From the IMG/VR virus record IMGVR_UViG_3300031953_000064, positions 1 to 37,623 of that record: DNA of 37,623 nucleotides; one strand, written 5' to 3'. Under the pieces are notes generated by a model. That model was not told the origin of the DNA and searched no databases. It worked only from the letters and a program-made list of their open reading frames with translations. Made by a program: the position numbers and the translations under genes. Origin of the DNA: a virus (Duplodnaviria; Caudoviricetes). Below, piece by piece: positions 9,226-19,532 of this stretch (the stretch's first letter is position 1; each line of letters begins with the position of its first letter).

Positions 9226-9416
9226 TTCAACAGCTGATCAGCGCCGGCCACCGGCTTGACGACGTTAAGCAGTACACCTTGCCGCAGATTCAGTTATTCG
9301 CCAAAGAGGCCGCAGCGCGAGATGCGCAGGCGCTAAAGCACATGGCTATAGCAGCGCGCTCGGCAAACGCCAAACAGCAAGACTTTGAAAAAATGATGAG
9401 GCAACTCGATGGCTAG
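9168..9416 (+). CDS. -1 frameshift extension of the tail chaperone (gpGT-like C-terminus)
   Basis: -1 frame opens right after TAA 9165-9167 at GGATTTTTTC; reads ...WGAVVQQLISAGHRLDDVKQYTLPQIQLF...RQLDG*; no own start. Confidence 0.8.
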   Translation, partial: GFFRASPGKRGEGAGWGAVVQQLISAGHRLDDVKQYTLPQIQLFAKEAAARDAQALKHMAIAARSANAKQQDFEKMMRQLDG

Positions 9417-11451
9417 GCAAATCAAAACGCAGCTGGTCGTCGAAGGCAAGAACAACGCCAGCAAGGCATTCAAGCAGGCAGAGACGCAGCTGGGGGGTAT
9501 CAGTTCTGCTGCCAAGAAAGCGGGGGCCGCGCTGCTCGGCGCTTTCTCTGTGGCTGCTGTCGGCAGCTGGGTGAAGAACAGTATCGATGCCGCTGACGAA
9601 GCGCGCAAGCTGGCGCAGGCTGCCGGCCTGACTACTGAAGCTTTCACTGGCCTGCAGTTCGCAGCTGGGCAGTCAGGCGTTAACGTAACTGAGTTATCAG
9701 GCGCACTGACTAGGCTCAGCCGGTCTATGTCTGACGCAGCTACTATTGGTGGGCGCCCCGCTGAGGTTTTCGCACGCCTTGGTATTTCCGTCAAAGACTC
9801 CGAGGGCAGCCTGCGCTCGGCGGACGCTGTATTGTCTGACCTGGCGGACCAGTTTCAAGCTATGCCAGACGGAGTGGGCAAGACGGCAGCGGCTGTTGAG
9901 CTGCTGGGCCGTTCTGGTGCCAAGCTGATTCCGCTGCTCAATGGTGGCTCAGAAGGCATCAAGGCGCTTACAGCTCAAGCGCAGAGACTAGGCCTGGTGA
10001 TGAGCGACGAGCAGGCCATTGCATCCGAGAGGTTCAACGACAGTCTCTCTGCTCTTGGTGGAGCGTCAAGGGGCGCAGCAAATACAGTGAGCGCAGAGCT
10101 TCTGCCGACATTGAACTTGATGAGCGGTCTTTTTCTGGATCTAGCAGAAAATAGCGAAACAGCTTCCGTATTCGCCACGCTGCTGGGCGGCACACTAAAG
10201 ACCCTTGCAACGATCGCATTGATCGCTGGTTCCGGGATAAGTTTCGTAGGCGAAGGACTTGCTGCTATAGCGGCATCTACTGTAATGCTTTTGCGCGGCG
10301 ATCTTGACGGCGCTGCCAATGTCATCGCCGACTTTGGAAAGAATATCGAGGATAGCTTCAGGACCACCTTTGAGCGGATCGACAAAATATGGACTGGCGG
10401 GTTTGAGGACGCAGGCAAGGCAGCCACCGACACAGTTAAAACCATGCGAGAGCTTCAGGATGCCGCACTCAAATCCGCAGAGGCGACGAACAAGGCATTC
10501 GCTGACTCCTACAAGAAGATGGTGTCGGCTGCCGATAAGGCGCTGAAAGACCTGGTGAGGAAAGAAGCAGCTGCCCAAAAAGACATTCAGGACATACGCG
10601 AAAAGCGGCTCGATATCGAGCAGAAGTATGCCGAGGCAATAGCAGGCTTCAGCGGCGGGGCGGGCGGGCCGTCATACGCTAACGCCCAGGATCTCAAGCT
10701 GGACGCGCAGCAACGATTAAGGCAAGGCGATGTCGAGGGCGCGCAGAAGTCCGCAGAGGCAGCGCTCAAGATGCTTTCCGATCTGGCTGCTGCTGGTGAA
10801 AACACTTACGGGTTTGAAGGCTTTGCTAATGAACTGAAAGCCATTGAGCTTGCCGCTAACGATCTTGAAAATACAAGGGCCGATGAAAAGCTTGCCGAAA
10901 TACAGGCCAAGGTTAAGGATCTTAACGCCGAGATAACAAAGCTGACTGACTTTAAGATCAATCTTGAGCTGACCGAGGCTGAGCAACAGAAGATAGTCGA
11001 TCAGATTGAGCTGCTGCGCGAGATGCTGGGTCTGCCGGTCACTATCCCGGTTGTGATCGCTGCGCCTACTGAGATGATCGCCAGAACGCAACAAGGCGTC
11101 ACCGGCAGCTTTACTGGTGGAGCAACTGGCAGCTTCGCATCAGGTGGCCGCATCCGAGGCCCAGGCACCGGCACCAGTGACAGCATCATGGCCCGCCTAT
11201 CCAATGGCGAGTACGTCATCAAGGCCGCAGCGGTGCGTAAGTATGGCGCGCACATGTTCGACAATCTCAACGGGATGCGCGTGCCGAAGTTCGCAGACGG
11301 CGGCATGGTCGGCAGCGTATCGGCAGCGGGCGGCAACGGCTCGACCCTGAACCTGTCGCTCGATGGGCAGAATTATTCTCTTAGCGGCCAGGCAGACACC
11401 ATTGCTGACCTGGCCAACGCTGTTCGCAAAGCCAACTTGAAGCGCAGGTAA
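9409..11451 (+). CDS. Tape measure protein
   Basis: 680 aa Ala-rich helical protein; LGISVKD, GPGTGTSDSI..LSNGEYV motifs. Confidence 0.92.
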   Translation: MARQIKTQLVVEGKNNASKAFKQAETQLGGISSAAKKAGAALLGAFSVAAVGSWVKNSIDAADEARKLAQAAGLTTEAFTGLQFAAGQSGVNVTELSGALTRLSRSMSDAATIGGRPAEVFARLGISVKDSEGSLRSADAVLSDLADQFQAMPDGVGKTAAAVELLGRSGAKLIPLLNGGSEGIKALTAQAQRLGLVMSDEQAIASERFNDSLSALGGASRGAANTVSAELLPTLNLMSGLFLDLAENSETASVFATLLGGTLKTLATIALIAGSGISFVGEGLAAIAASTVMLLRGDLDGAANVIADFGKNIEDSFRTTFERIDKIWTGGFEDAGKAATDTVKTMRELQDAALKSAEATNKAFADSYKKMVSAADKALKDLVRKEAAAQKDIQDIREKRLDIEQKYAEAIAGFSGGAGGPSYANAQDLKLDAQQRLRQGDVEGAQKSAEAALKMLSDLAAAGENTYGFEGFANELKAIELAANDLENTRADEKLAEIQAKVKDLNAEITKLTDFKINLELTEAEQQKIVDQIELLREMLGLPVTIPVVIAAPTEMIARTQQGVTGSFTGGATGSFASGGRIRGPGTGTSDSIMARLSNGEYVIKAAAVRKYGAHMFDNLNGMRVPKFADGGMVGSVSAAGGNGSTLNLSLDGQNYSLSGQADTIADLANAVRKANLKRR

Positions 11452-11454
11452 ACC

Positions 11455-11952
11455 ATGACACAGCTCGTTTTAGGCGGCATCCCGGTAAGCCTGCACACCG
11501 GAGAGCCTGCGCACAGTTACGGCTATGTGGGCGGACGCACAGATGTAACACTGAGCGGCGGCACACCCGTACCCATGCGCAGCTTCACCAAGCGATTGAT
11601 CACTATCAGCGGCTCGGGCTGGGTCAGCACCGGCCTTGATGCGCTCAATTGGGATGCTTACCACTTTCTGCTGTGCGCAGTTCCGCTGCGAGTATCGGGC
11701 ATTGATTCAACCCTGACGATCACCGCTGACAGCCGCCCGGATGAACCTGTGCGCGCTCAGGCTTTGGTCGGCGAAGATTGGGTCAGCACTGATGTTTCAA
11801 TGGTTGGCAGGGTCGGCACTATTACGCCTGTTGCTGGCGCATCCGTTTACACCCTGACGTGGTTCCCGCAATTCACCGTGCTGTGTGAGCCGCCAGAAGA
11901 GGGCTATGGATCTGGCGCCGTCGATTGGCAGATCATCTGCCGTGAGGTTTAA
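11455..11952 (+). CDS. Distal tail (Dit-like) protein
   Basis: Position immediately after tape measure gene; size. Confidence 0.55.
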   Translation: MTQLVLGGIPVSLHTGEPAHSYGYVGGRTDVTLSGGTPVPMRSFTKRLITISGSGWVSTGLDALNWDAYHFLLCAVPLRVSGIDSTLTITADSRPDEPVRAQALVGEDWVSTDVSMVGRVGTITPVAGASVYTLTWFPQFTVLCEPPEEGYGSGAVDWQIICREV

Positions 11953-11955
11953 CGG

Positions 11956-13674
11956 ATGAACAACGCGCCGATCAATAGCGGGCCGCTGAACAGTATGGGC
12001 GGCAGCGCTATCCCGTCTGCCGTTGTCATCACGCCGAGCACAGGCTTTGTCTGGCGCTGGATTGTCACATTGGGCGGCGTTGATGTCTCTGACCAGTTGA
12101 CCGGCCCGGTGCGCGTTGAAGGCTCCGAAGACGGCGACATGGTGGCCACCCTCAATTTGTGGCTCGGCGATGATCCTGTCAGCATCCGAGGCTATACCGG
12201 GCAGACGCTCGCGCTGGACTTCGTTGTGCTGGGCGACCCTGAACTGGTCAGCCGCCGCTTCACTGGCTTTCTTGTGCAGCCTGAGTTTGACGTGCTGACG
12301 CGCATTCTGTCCTGCACCGGCACCACGCGCCTGAGCGATACGTTCGAGGCAATGGAGCTTGATGCCATCGATCTGACTGTGGGCGGTAGCTGGTCGCAGG
12401 ACGTGTTCGAGGAAACGGCAGGGCGCTCACGCTGGGAATACACCCAGGAGCGCATGAGTACGCGCCGGGCAGGATTGAACGCAGACCGCGCCGGCCAGGC
12501 AAGGCTCACGCCCTGGTATCCGGCAGGCATTGCTTTTGACTTCGCCCCGGGCAGCACGATCTATCAGAGCCTTGATATATCGCTGTCATCGTTGAGCGAA
12601 ACAACGAACGTATTAGAACTTGAGATCGATTATCGCTTCCCGCGCTATCGTCAGCGAAATCAAGACTACAGCTGGCTGCATCCGGGTACGGGCGGCAACA
12701 CCAGTCTGACCGGCTTTAATGCCTGGCGGGCTGATTCTACCGAGCTGCCCGACATCCAGATGGTGACCGATGCGGTCGAGTCCGCTGGCTGGTTCATTAC
12801 TTGGAATAGCTGGTACAGATTGCCCGGCAGCCTGCCTGAGCTGGCGCAGCCGTGGTTTAACGAGAATATTGATCTACTGCTGGGCGCTGACTTTGTTGCA
12901 GCTGTGCGCTGGGCTCAGCCTGCCGTCGAGCGCTATCGGGTGCGCCTGGTAGTGCAAGAGGCGCTTGATGCTGTGGGCGAGGTCATCGTGCGTGATCGAA
13001 TCGTGCTCGATACCGACTCCGACACAGATCGGCTATGGGAGCAAAGCACCGAAACAGAAGATGATCAGCCGGTAGAGTCTGACGACCCGCTTGACCAGTT
13101 ACCCCGGCGCGATCAGGTCCGACTTGATGCGGCTGCTTCGACTGGCTTGCTGCGTGCGCGGGCTCAACTGCTCCAGGCACAACGTCAGTCAACGGTCAGC
13201 TGGCAGATCCCGCTTGCACATGCCTTGGCCGTGGACTTTGGGCAACGCCTGAAGTTGAGCGATCAGGGCGCCACGGTCACAGGCACGGTGATCGCGCTAT
13301 CTGAAGAGGCCGACATTGACAGCGGTGCTGCGCTGCTGACCATTAGCATTGCGGTCGGACAGGGTGATGCCGCTGCCGTATCTGACGCGCTGCAATTGCC
13401 AGCCCCGCCTGCATTCGTGGATGACATCGCCCCGGTGATCGAGAGCACGCTTGATACGCAGATCGGTTTGCGCATATCCAGCCCGCCATACAACGACGCC
13501 CTGACCGGCTTTGCGGGTAGTTATTCCATCGGCAACGGCGACCCGTCGCTGAGATACCCGCGCCGCTTTGCTGTGCCAACGCCAGAGATTCCCGCGCAGT
13601 GGCGTGACGAGGCAGTTGCCGAACAGCCGGTGATTATTCGAGTAGCGCCACCCGTTGATGTACTGGAGGTTTAA
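11956..13674 (+). CDS. Tail tip hub protein
   Basis: 572 aa, position after Dit-like gene; MNNAPINSGPLN start typical of tail tip proteins. Confidence 0.55.
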   Translation: MNNAPINSGPLNSMGGSAIPSAVVITPSTGFVWRWIVTLGGVDVSDQLTGPVRVEGSEDGDMVATLNLWLGDDPVSIRGYTGQTLALDFVVLGDPELVSRRFTGFLVQPEFDVLTRILSCTGTTRLSDTFEAMELDAIDLTVGGSWSQDVFEETAGRSRWEYTQERMSTRRAGLNADRAGQARLTPWYPAGIAFDFAPGSTIYQSLDISLSSLSETTNVLELEIDYRFPRYRQRNQDYSWLHPGTGGNTSLTGFNAWRADSTELPDIQMVTDAVESAGWFITWNSWYRLPGSLPELAQPWFNENIDLLLGADFVAAVRWAQPAVERYRVRLVVQEALDAVGEVIVRDRIVLDTDSDTDRLWEQSTETEDDQPVESDDPLDQLPRRDQVRLDAAASTGLLRARAQLLQAQRQSTVSWQIPLAHALAVDFGQRLKLSDQGATVTGTVIALSEEADIDSGAALLTISIAVGQGDAAAVSDALQLPAPPAFVDDIAPVIESTLDTQIGLRISSPPYNDALTGFAGSYSIGNGDPSLRYPRRFAVPTPEIPAQWRDEAVAEQPVIIRVAPPVDVLEV

Positions 13675-13675
13675 C

Positions 13676-14203
13676 GTGGCATCACCCGACGAAAGAGCCG
13701 GACGGATACGCGGCAACCTGAACAGCAGGGCCGCGAATCTTGCCAGCAATGTGAACGAGCGCACCGACAGAATACGCGGCAACCTGACAGCCAGAGAGCA
13801 GCGCCAGACCAAGGGATTGATCGAGGGTCTGCAAGCGTTAGCTGTGCCTGAGCGTCAACCGCCGCGCCTGACTCGCGTGGAGCCAAGAGGCTCAATACCG
13901 GCAGCGCGCGGTTATGCTGAAACGGCATTTCAGCCAGGGACCGGCACTCAGGGTGGCGGCATTGCCAGCCCTCTGACTGAAGGCCAAGCGGGGCCGCCGG
14001 ACAGCGGCGACCCATTGCCTGCTGGAGAGGTCGGGACGCCAAGGGTTGAGCGCACTTACTATGAATTTAGCGACTTCATATACAGCAACGACTTTGCAAT
14101 CGCCGTTGTTATCCAGCCGATGAAAACCCTGAAAATGTACGACGCTAACGGAGGCGTTGTTGAGATGCGCCTTGCCGATCCACAAGTGGACCCAGGGGCC
14201 TAG
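13676..14203 (+). CDS. Tail tip protein (GGGIASPLTE motif)
   Basis: GTG start with SD GGAGG; in tail operon. Confidence 0.55.
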   Translation: MASPDERAGRIRGNLNSRAANLASNVNERTDRIRGNLTAREQRQTKGLIEGLQALAVPERQPPRLTRVEPRGSIPAARGYAETAFQPGTGTQGGGIASPLTEGQAGPPDSGDPLPAGEVGTPRVERTYYEFSDFIYSNDFAIAVVIQPMKTLKMYDANGGVVEMRLADPQVDPGA

Positions 14204-14205
14204 TC

Positions 14206-15999
14206 ATGTTTGACGATAAATTCACGCGCTACATGCCCGGCAATATAAAGACCTTTGGTGTTCCTTGGCATGGTCTGGCCCAGCAGCCGTCGCCGCAATT
14301 GATAAGCGGGCAGCAGTACACCATGACGCTGCCATCAGGCAGAGTTCTTCCGGTCACGGCGTCTTTCGTGCTGCGCCAGGGCGGAGTGCTAGGCGACAGC
14401 CGCAGGTATCGTGATCCCCGCGCTTTCGTCCCGACCTTTGAGCCACCCGAGCAGGCGCAGGCTGATACGGCTGGCGCGCAGTGGCGGGCAGATATGCTGC
14501 TGCCTTACCGCTACGGATACGACTCTGACTCACAGATAGAACAGATGTACTTTGACGGGGTGAAAGGGTGGCGCGTGAATTTATCCGGCACACTGTCCGC
14601 CGCGCCAAAGGTGGAGATACGCAACGCGATTACGCTGGGCCTGCCGGTAACATTTCCCCGAGATCCAGCGCTTTATAGCCTGGATGTCAGCTCGACCGAT
14701 TCCCCGCCTACCAGCAGAAGCGGTTACGGCGTGCAATCGCTCACCGTGCGGATACTTGACTGCACAGAACAAGGCGACCGGCTGCTGGTCAGCGTGACCA
14801 ACTTCCCGTCTTTTTTTCGGTACGAGATACGCCTGTTTGAGTTGTGGGAGTATCGGTTGAGCGGGCAGGGTGAAAACATCACAGCTGAGCGCGAGCTGCT
14901 TTGGAGTCATGACGACTTCATTTCAGCCGCGCAGGTCACCGACAACATGCCGGACGGCCCTCTCTATGAATCTCCGATAGGTACGCCTTACTGGAAGGCG
15001 GCAGGCAGCACGGCCAGCGGGATGAATCTAACAACGAACTTCGAGTTTGAACTGCGCCCCCTTTCAATCGGCGACGGCTCGTCCAATACCTTCGCAAATT
15101 TCGAGCGAATAATCACACGCAAGTTAAACGGGCGCGTGCTGGGTGCCTATTACGCTGGCGGATTGATTAAGTACGTCACTCTGGACGTTGAGGCGCAAAG
15201 CACATCTATAGCCACAGCAACCCACTCGCTGAGCAATTCATCGGTTGGGACGGGGTTTGTTGAGGGGCAGGGCTCGAACTATAACTGGCCGCCCCGCATT
15301 GAAGATGGCTTAACGCTGCCGTCTTACACGGTGACTAGCAATGTGGATCTGAACGTGACCACCACGCTTAAGGTAAGCCTGAAAAATGACGGCGCGCTTG
15401 TGAGTGAATTTATTGCAACAGGGACGGGGGACAGGACAAGCACAACCACTAGAACGTGGACCAAGGTTGGCCCGTTCAATGACTACCGGAACTTTGACAT
15501 CCAAAACCCGCCAGGCTACGGGCTCCTGCCGCAAAACAGCTCAGCCATCACGGCCTCTTATATTACGACCAGCACGCACAACTATGACGGCGCCGATCTA
15601 GGCACGCGCACGAACAATGGATCAGGGGCCAATGTGGGTATTAGTCTCGCGGGCCTTGTATCGGCAGTGCCTGTAGCGTCAACGCCAGAGAATGCTTTCC
15701 AGGGTTTTAGACTTACCGTGCCTTACTATGGTGATCCCAATGACGGGACCAGAGTACAGCCGTGCCGCTATAACAACTGCATGCTGGCCTTGATGTCTCA
15801 GACATTCACCTCAGACCCTAATGCCAGCCATTTTAGAGTTGGAAAGATTGCATGCAATGGCCTGCTCATCCCTGGCAGCTTCAGCTACCAAGGCCAGCAG
15901 ACCTTTAACGCTGATCCAGGCTTCGGCTTGTTCGGAGCTTATAACGCGGTAACAGGTGAATACGTGCGGGACAGGCCCGCTAACTGCTTTTACGTCTGA
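14206..15999 (+). CDS. Putative tail tip/receptor-binding protein
   Basis: 597 aa, FGVPWHGL N-terminus, Ser/Thr/Asn/Gly-rich beta-type C-half. Confidence 0.5.
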   Translation: MFDDKFTRYMPGNIKTFGVPWHGLAQQPSPQLISGQQYTMTLPSGRVLPVTASFVLRQGGVLGDSRRYRDPRAFVPTFEPPEQAQADTAGAQWRADMLLPYRYGYDSDSQIEQMYFDGVKGWRVNLSGTLSAAPKVEIRNAITLGLPVTFPRDPALYSLDVSSTDSPPTSRSGYGVQSLTVRILDCTEQGDRLLVSVTNFPSFFRYEIRLFELWEYRLSGQGENITAERELLWSHDDFISAAQVTDNMPDGPLYESPIGTPYWKAAGSTASGMNLTTNFEFELRPLSIGDGSSNTFANFERIITRKLNGRVLGAYYAGGLIKYVTLDVEAQSTSIATATHSLSNSSVGTGFVEGQGSNYNWPPRIEDGLTLPSYTVTSNVDLNVTTTLKVSLKNDGALVSEFIATGTGDRTSTTTRTWTKVGPFNDYRNFDIQNPPGYGLLPQNSSAITASYITTSTHNYDGADLGTRTNNGSGANVGISLAGLVSAVPVASTPENAFQGFRLTVPYYGDPNDGTRVQPCRYNNCMLALMSQTFTSDPNASHFRVGKIACNGLLIPGSFSYQGQQTFNADPGFGLFGAYNAVTGEYVRDRPANCFYV

Positions 16000-16007
16000 G
16001 GCGAACC

Positions 16008-16745
16008 ATGGACTTTACAAATAACTACACCGCGCCAATCACCCTGGCTGCCGGTACAACTTCTGCTGCGCTCAGTTTGCCTGATGGGCAATACTTGCTG
16101 ACGCTCGCGGACAGTGAGTCACAGGCTACCCGGTGGGAGATTGTTGCCGCTACGGTTGCAGGCGGTGCAGCGACACTCACGCGTGGCCAGGAGGGCACCA
16201 CCGACCAGCTCTGGTCATCAGGCAGCGTCATTTACATGGGCGTTACAGCCGGCCTGTTAGCGGGACTCTTCCAGCGCATTGACGATCTTGAACAGACGCA
16301 AGCTGATCCCGCTGTGATTACCAGTATTCTTGCGCGCCTCGATGCGCTGGAGGCGGCCGGCTCTGGATCTGATCTGACCTTTGTTATTCAGTCGGGCCAG
16401 CGATTCGACGGGGACTACACACTAACCGGCTTCGAGACGGCGCAGACTGTCGGATCACTCACCAGCGGGCCATCGGAAATTGGGGGCGTATCGATCACGG
16501 TCGAGTATTGCTACACGTCCGGCATGCTGTTTGCCCAATCACCCCCGATCTATGACGTGGTGATAGGTGGTGCAGGAGCAGCTACGCCCGGCGACTACCT
16601 CTTAAATGGCCCCGGCATCCCCGCAGATACGGCTATCTCAGTGGTCAATAGCGGAGGGAACTGGAGCGCAACATGGGCTGCCGGCGATACAGAGATCATC
16701 TGGCCAGTCGGGTCAGCAGTAACAGTTACCCTCACGCCAGTATAA
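16008..16745 (+). CDS. Virion structural protein (fibre-like)
   Basis: EIV...LTRGQEGT..W..GS motif, short coiled coil, beta-rich C-domain. Confidence 0.55.
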   Translation: MDFTNNYTAPITLAAGTTSAALSLPDGQYLLTLADSESQATRWEIVAATVAGGAATLTRGQEGTTDQLWSSGSVIYMGVTAGLLAGLFQRIDDLEQTQADPAVITSILARLDALEAAGSGSDLTFVIQSGQRFDGDYTLTGFETAQTVGSLTSGPSEIGGVSITVEYCYTSGMLFAQSPPIYDVVIGGAGAATPGDYLLNGPGIPADTAISVVNSGGNWSATWAAGDTEIIWPVGSAVTVTLTPV

Positions 16746-16769
16746 CCCCACTCATCAGGAGCCCTGCCC

Positions 16770-17339
16770 ATGCAGCCGGCAAACGTACCTTTGTGCCTAA
16801 CACCCGGCACGACTCATCGCAGCACCTTGCGGGTTATGCAGCCTCAGTTCGTATATCGGGAGATAACCGTCATTGACGCCGCTGCACCGGTACGACTGAC
16901 AGTGCCTGCTCACGGCATCGGAGCAGGCACTTGGCATTGCTGGCTCACCCGCGTGCAACAGATGCCAGAGCTGAACCGCGAGCCAATCCGCCAGTTGCCG
17001 CACAGGGTCAGCGTGATTGATGCGAACACGCTGGAGATCAACCGTATATCAGCAACAGGGCGCAACCCCAGCGGCGGCGAGCTTGTCTATCAGCCGCCTG
17101 TGGATCTAACCGGCGCGGATGTGGTTATGAAGATATTCGACAAGCCGGGTGGTACAGAGCTTCTTGAGCTTGGCATTGGCAGCGGTCTGACGATAACCGG
17201 CCCCGGCACGATTGAGCGCGAGATCGGCGCAGCTGTGGTCATCCCTGGTGGCGCGGGCTGGTATTGGGTCGAGGTTCGCTACCCGGACGGCTCAGAGTTC
17301 CGCTATTGGGAAGGGAGCATCATCCTGGGGAATGCGTGA
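16770..17339 (+). CDS. Virion structural protein with E1-FCCH-like insert
   Basis: ITVIDAAAPVRLTVPAHG...MPELN...VIDANTLEI; PVDLTG; SD AGGAG. Confidence 0.5.
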   Translation: MQPANVPLCLTPGTTHRSTLRVMQPQFVYREITVIDAAAPVRLTVPAHGIGAGTWHCWLTRVQQMPELNREPIRQLPHRVSVIDANTLEINRISATGRNPSGGELVYQPPVDLTGADVVMKIFDKPGGTELLELGIGSGLTITGPGTIEREIGAAVVIPGGAGWYWVEVRYPDGSEFRYWEGSIILGNA

Positions 17340-17884
17340 TGGACAACTGTTACACGCTCGAATATGGCACGCAGGAAACCATCACCGCCCAAGGCTTAAT
17401 TGTTGAGGACCAGGCCGCATCACTGAGCGATGTAACCGAGTACGCGGTGACTGTCGAGCTTGAGCCCGATGTGGTTTTGGTGACGGAAGGCGAACAAGGA
17501 CCGCCCGGAGTGCCAGGCGCACCCGGGCCAGCCGGCGGGCAAGCAGTCCAGCGACCGGCAGGCGAAGCTATCAGCGCACTGCGCGCCGTCTATGAACTGG
17601 ACGGGCTGGTTTATCTAGCCAATACCCTTGACGAGTCCACTGTGTATCTAGTGATTGGCGTGGCGATTAGCGGCGCACCGATGGGCGGCTCTCTAAACAT
17701 ACAGCGCTCAGGCGAAATAACTGATTCTGGATGGAACTGGACGCCGGGCTTGGTCTGGCTTGGCAGCAATGGAACTTTGACGCAGACGCCGCCCATTAGC
17801 GGCTTTCGTGTGAATGTGGGTGTGGCGGTATCACCGACGCGCCTTTGGTTAAATCTTGATTATCCGATTGATTTGGGGGTGTGA
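17339..17884 (+). CDS. Structural protein with short collagen repeat and DUF2190-like domain
   Basis: GEQGPPGVPGAPGPAGG; AGEAISALRAV...GTLTQTPP...VGVAVSPT. Confidence 0.6.
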   Translation: MDNCYTLEYGTQETITAQGLIVEDQAASLSDVTEYAVTVELEPDVVLVTEGEQGPPGVPGAPGPAGGQAVQRPAGEAISALRAVYELDGLVYLANTLDESTVYLVIGVAISGAPMGGSLNIQRSGEITDSGWNWTPGLVWLGSNGTLTQTPPISGFRVNVGVAVSPTRLWLNLDYPIDLGV

Positions 17885-17885
17885 A

Positions 17886-18404
17886 ATGGCACAAGGCTTT
17901 CTATCGAGCGTTACAGGTTTAACAAAGCAGCTGTACGCGCTGGTTACATCGGCTGGCGCAGCAGATGCGGGCAAGATCGTGGCGACCGGCAGCGATGGCC
18001 GCCTGGATAACTCGCTTATGCCGCTGGGCATTGGAGCTGCAACCACTCAGGCCACGGCGTCGGAGTCAATGGGCGCGGGCGTGTTCGTGAACTTTCACGA
18101 TGTCGGCGGGGTATTTAGTGCGCGGCTGGCGGACAACAGCAACGGCAGATACGCGGATGGGTTCGTGAAAGAGTCCTTTGCAGCAGACGCCACTGCGACG
18201 GTCTACCCGGTAGACGGCACTAATTCTGAGCTGACGGGCCTGACAGTATCGGCCCGTTACTGGCTCGGCACGGCTGGCGCGGTCACTGCTACTCCGCTTG
18301 ACGCGACGGACGTGGCCAACGTCAACAAGGTCAGCCAGTACCTTGGCGTAGCGAAGTCGGCGACCGAATTGGTCACTGATGATCGCGGCTTTGTGATCCT
18401 CTGA
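17886..18404 (+). CDS. Structural protein, DUF2190-like paralog
   Basis: DAGKIVATGSDGRLD; ASESMGAG...YWLGTAG...LGVAKSATEL. Confidence 0.55.
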   Translation: MAQGFLSSVTGLTKQLYALVTSAGAADAGKIVATGSDGRLDNSLMPLGIGAATTQATASESMGAGVFVNFHDVGGVFSARLADNSNGRYADGFVKESFAADATATVYPVDGTNSELTGLTVSARYWLGTAGAVTATPLDATDVANVNKVSQYLGVAKSATELVTDDRGFVIL

Positions 18405-18405
18405 C

Positions 18406-18612
18406 ATGACGGCACGCAGACCGATAGTCACGATTGATGGACAGGAGCAGCAGCTCCCTGCCGGGGATACCGTGCTCGGCGTACCCACGGCGCTGCCAGC
18501 GAAGCAGGTCAGCGGCTTGCTGCTGCGCATCCCGCTCACAACTCAGAACGCGCTCGTCGTCGCCAGAACAGGCGACACCGCGCTTAATGTACAGGTGGTG
18601 ACCAATGGCTGA
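18406..18612 (+). CDS. Small structural protein
   Basis: RRPIV..DG..QLPAGDT; tightly packed in operon. Confidence 0.6.
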   Translation: MTARRPIVTIDGQEQQLPAGDTVLGVPTALPAKQVSGLLLRIPLTTQNALVVARTGDTALNVQVVTNG

Positions 18613-19531
18613 AAAAATACCGCTAAAGTTGGTTGATGTCGGCAGCGGGATAGGTGAGCTGCGGGAGTTTGAGGCGGGCGATACCCTGCCCAATGCGTTG
18701 ATTCCTGCTCTAGCGACCCTGTCGGCAGAGCTAAGCGCCCGAAGCCGCAGAAACCTGCTCATCAACGGCAACTATGCCATCAATCAGCGCGTCTATGTAT
18801 CAGGAACAGCAACGACCGGCGCGAACCAGTACACGCTGGACCGATGGCGGGTGGTTGTCTCAGGGCAATCGCTTACGTTTGCGGCGGCAGGGAATGGGCA
18901 GCAGATAACGGCGCCGACTGGCGGAGTCGAGCAAGTTGTCGAGGGCCTGAACGTCGCAGGAGGTGTTTACACTCTTTCGTGGCAGGGCACTGCATCTGCG
19001 ACCGTGAACGGGACAGCCGTTACTAGCGGCGGACAGATAACGCTAACGGCTAACGCTAATTCTACGGTTCGGTTTAGTAGCGGGACTGTCAGTAAGTGCC
19101 AGCTGGAGCTTGGCGCCACGGCCACGCCTTTTGAGTTCCGGCATTACGGGGACGAGCTGTCTCTGTGTCAGCGGTATTATGAAAAATCGTACCCGATAAC
19201 CATTACCCCAGGCGTTTCACATGGATCGTCTGATCCAAGAGCGGTTGGCACGCTGAAGATTAATAATTCTTCGAACCGAAACATGGGCAGCCAAGGCTTT
19301 AAGGCCGAAAAGCGGGTATCCCCCACTATTAGGTATTGGGATCAAGCCGGGAACTTGTCTGCTTTTACCGTGGGAACTGTTGGGGGCGGCGTGCAGACAA
19401 ACAATTTCACAGGCGATGCGTTTAGGTCAATCGCCGCTGATGAGCATGGAGTATATGCGCATCTTGATGCTGCGTCAGTGGTAAATCCTTTCACGGCCTT
19501 CTGTTACTGGGAAGCCTCGGCGGAGCTTTGA
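18605..19531 (+). CDS. Tail fibre protein
   Basis: RNLLINGNYAINQR, YTLDRW, QLELGATATPFE, ELSLCQRYYE motifs. Confidence 0.8.
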   Translation: MAEKIPLKLVDVGSGIGELREFEAGDTLPNALIPALATLSAELSARSRRNLLINGNYAINQRVYVSGTATTGANQYTLDRWRVVVSGQSLTFAAAGNGQQITAPTGGVEQVVEGLNVAGGVYTLSWQGTASATVNGTAVTSGGQITLTANANSTVRFSSGTVSKCQLELGATATPFEFRHYGDELSLCQRYYEKSYPITITPGVSHGSSDPRAVGTLKINNSSNRNMGSQGFKAEKRVSPTIRYWDQAGNLSAFTVGTVGGGVQTNNFTGDAFRSIAADEHGVYAHLDAASVVNPFTAFCYWEASAEL

Positions 19532-19532
19532 C

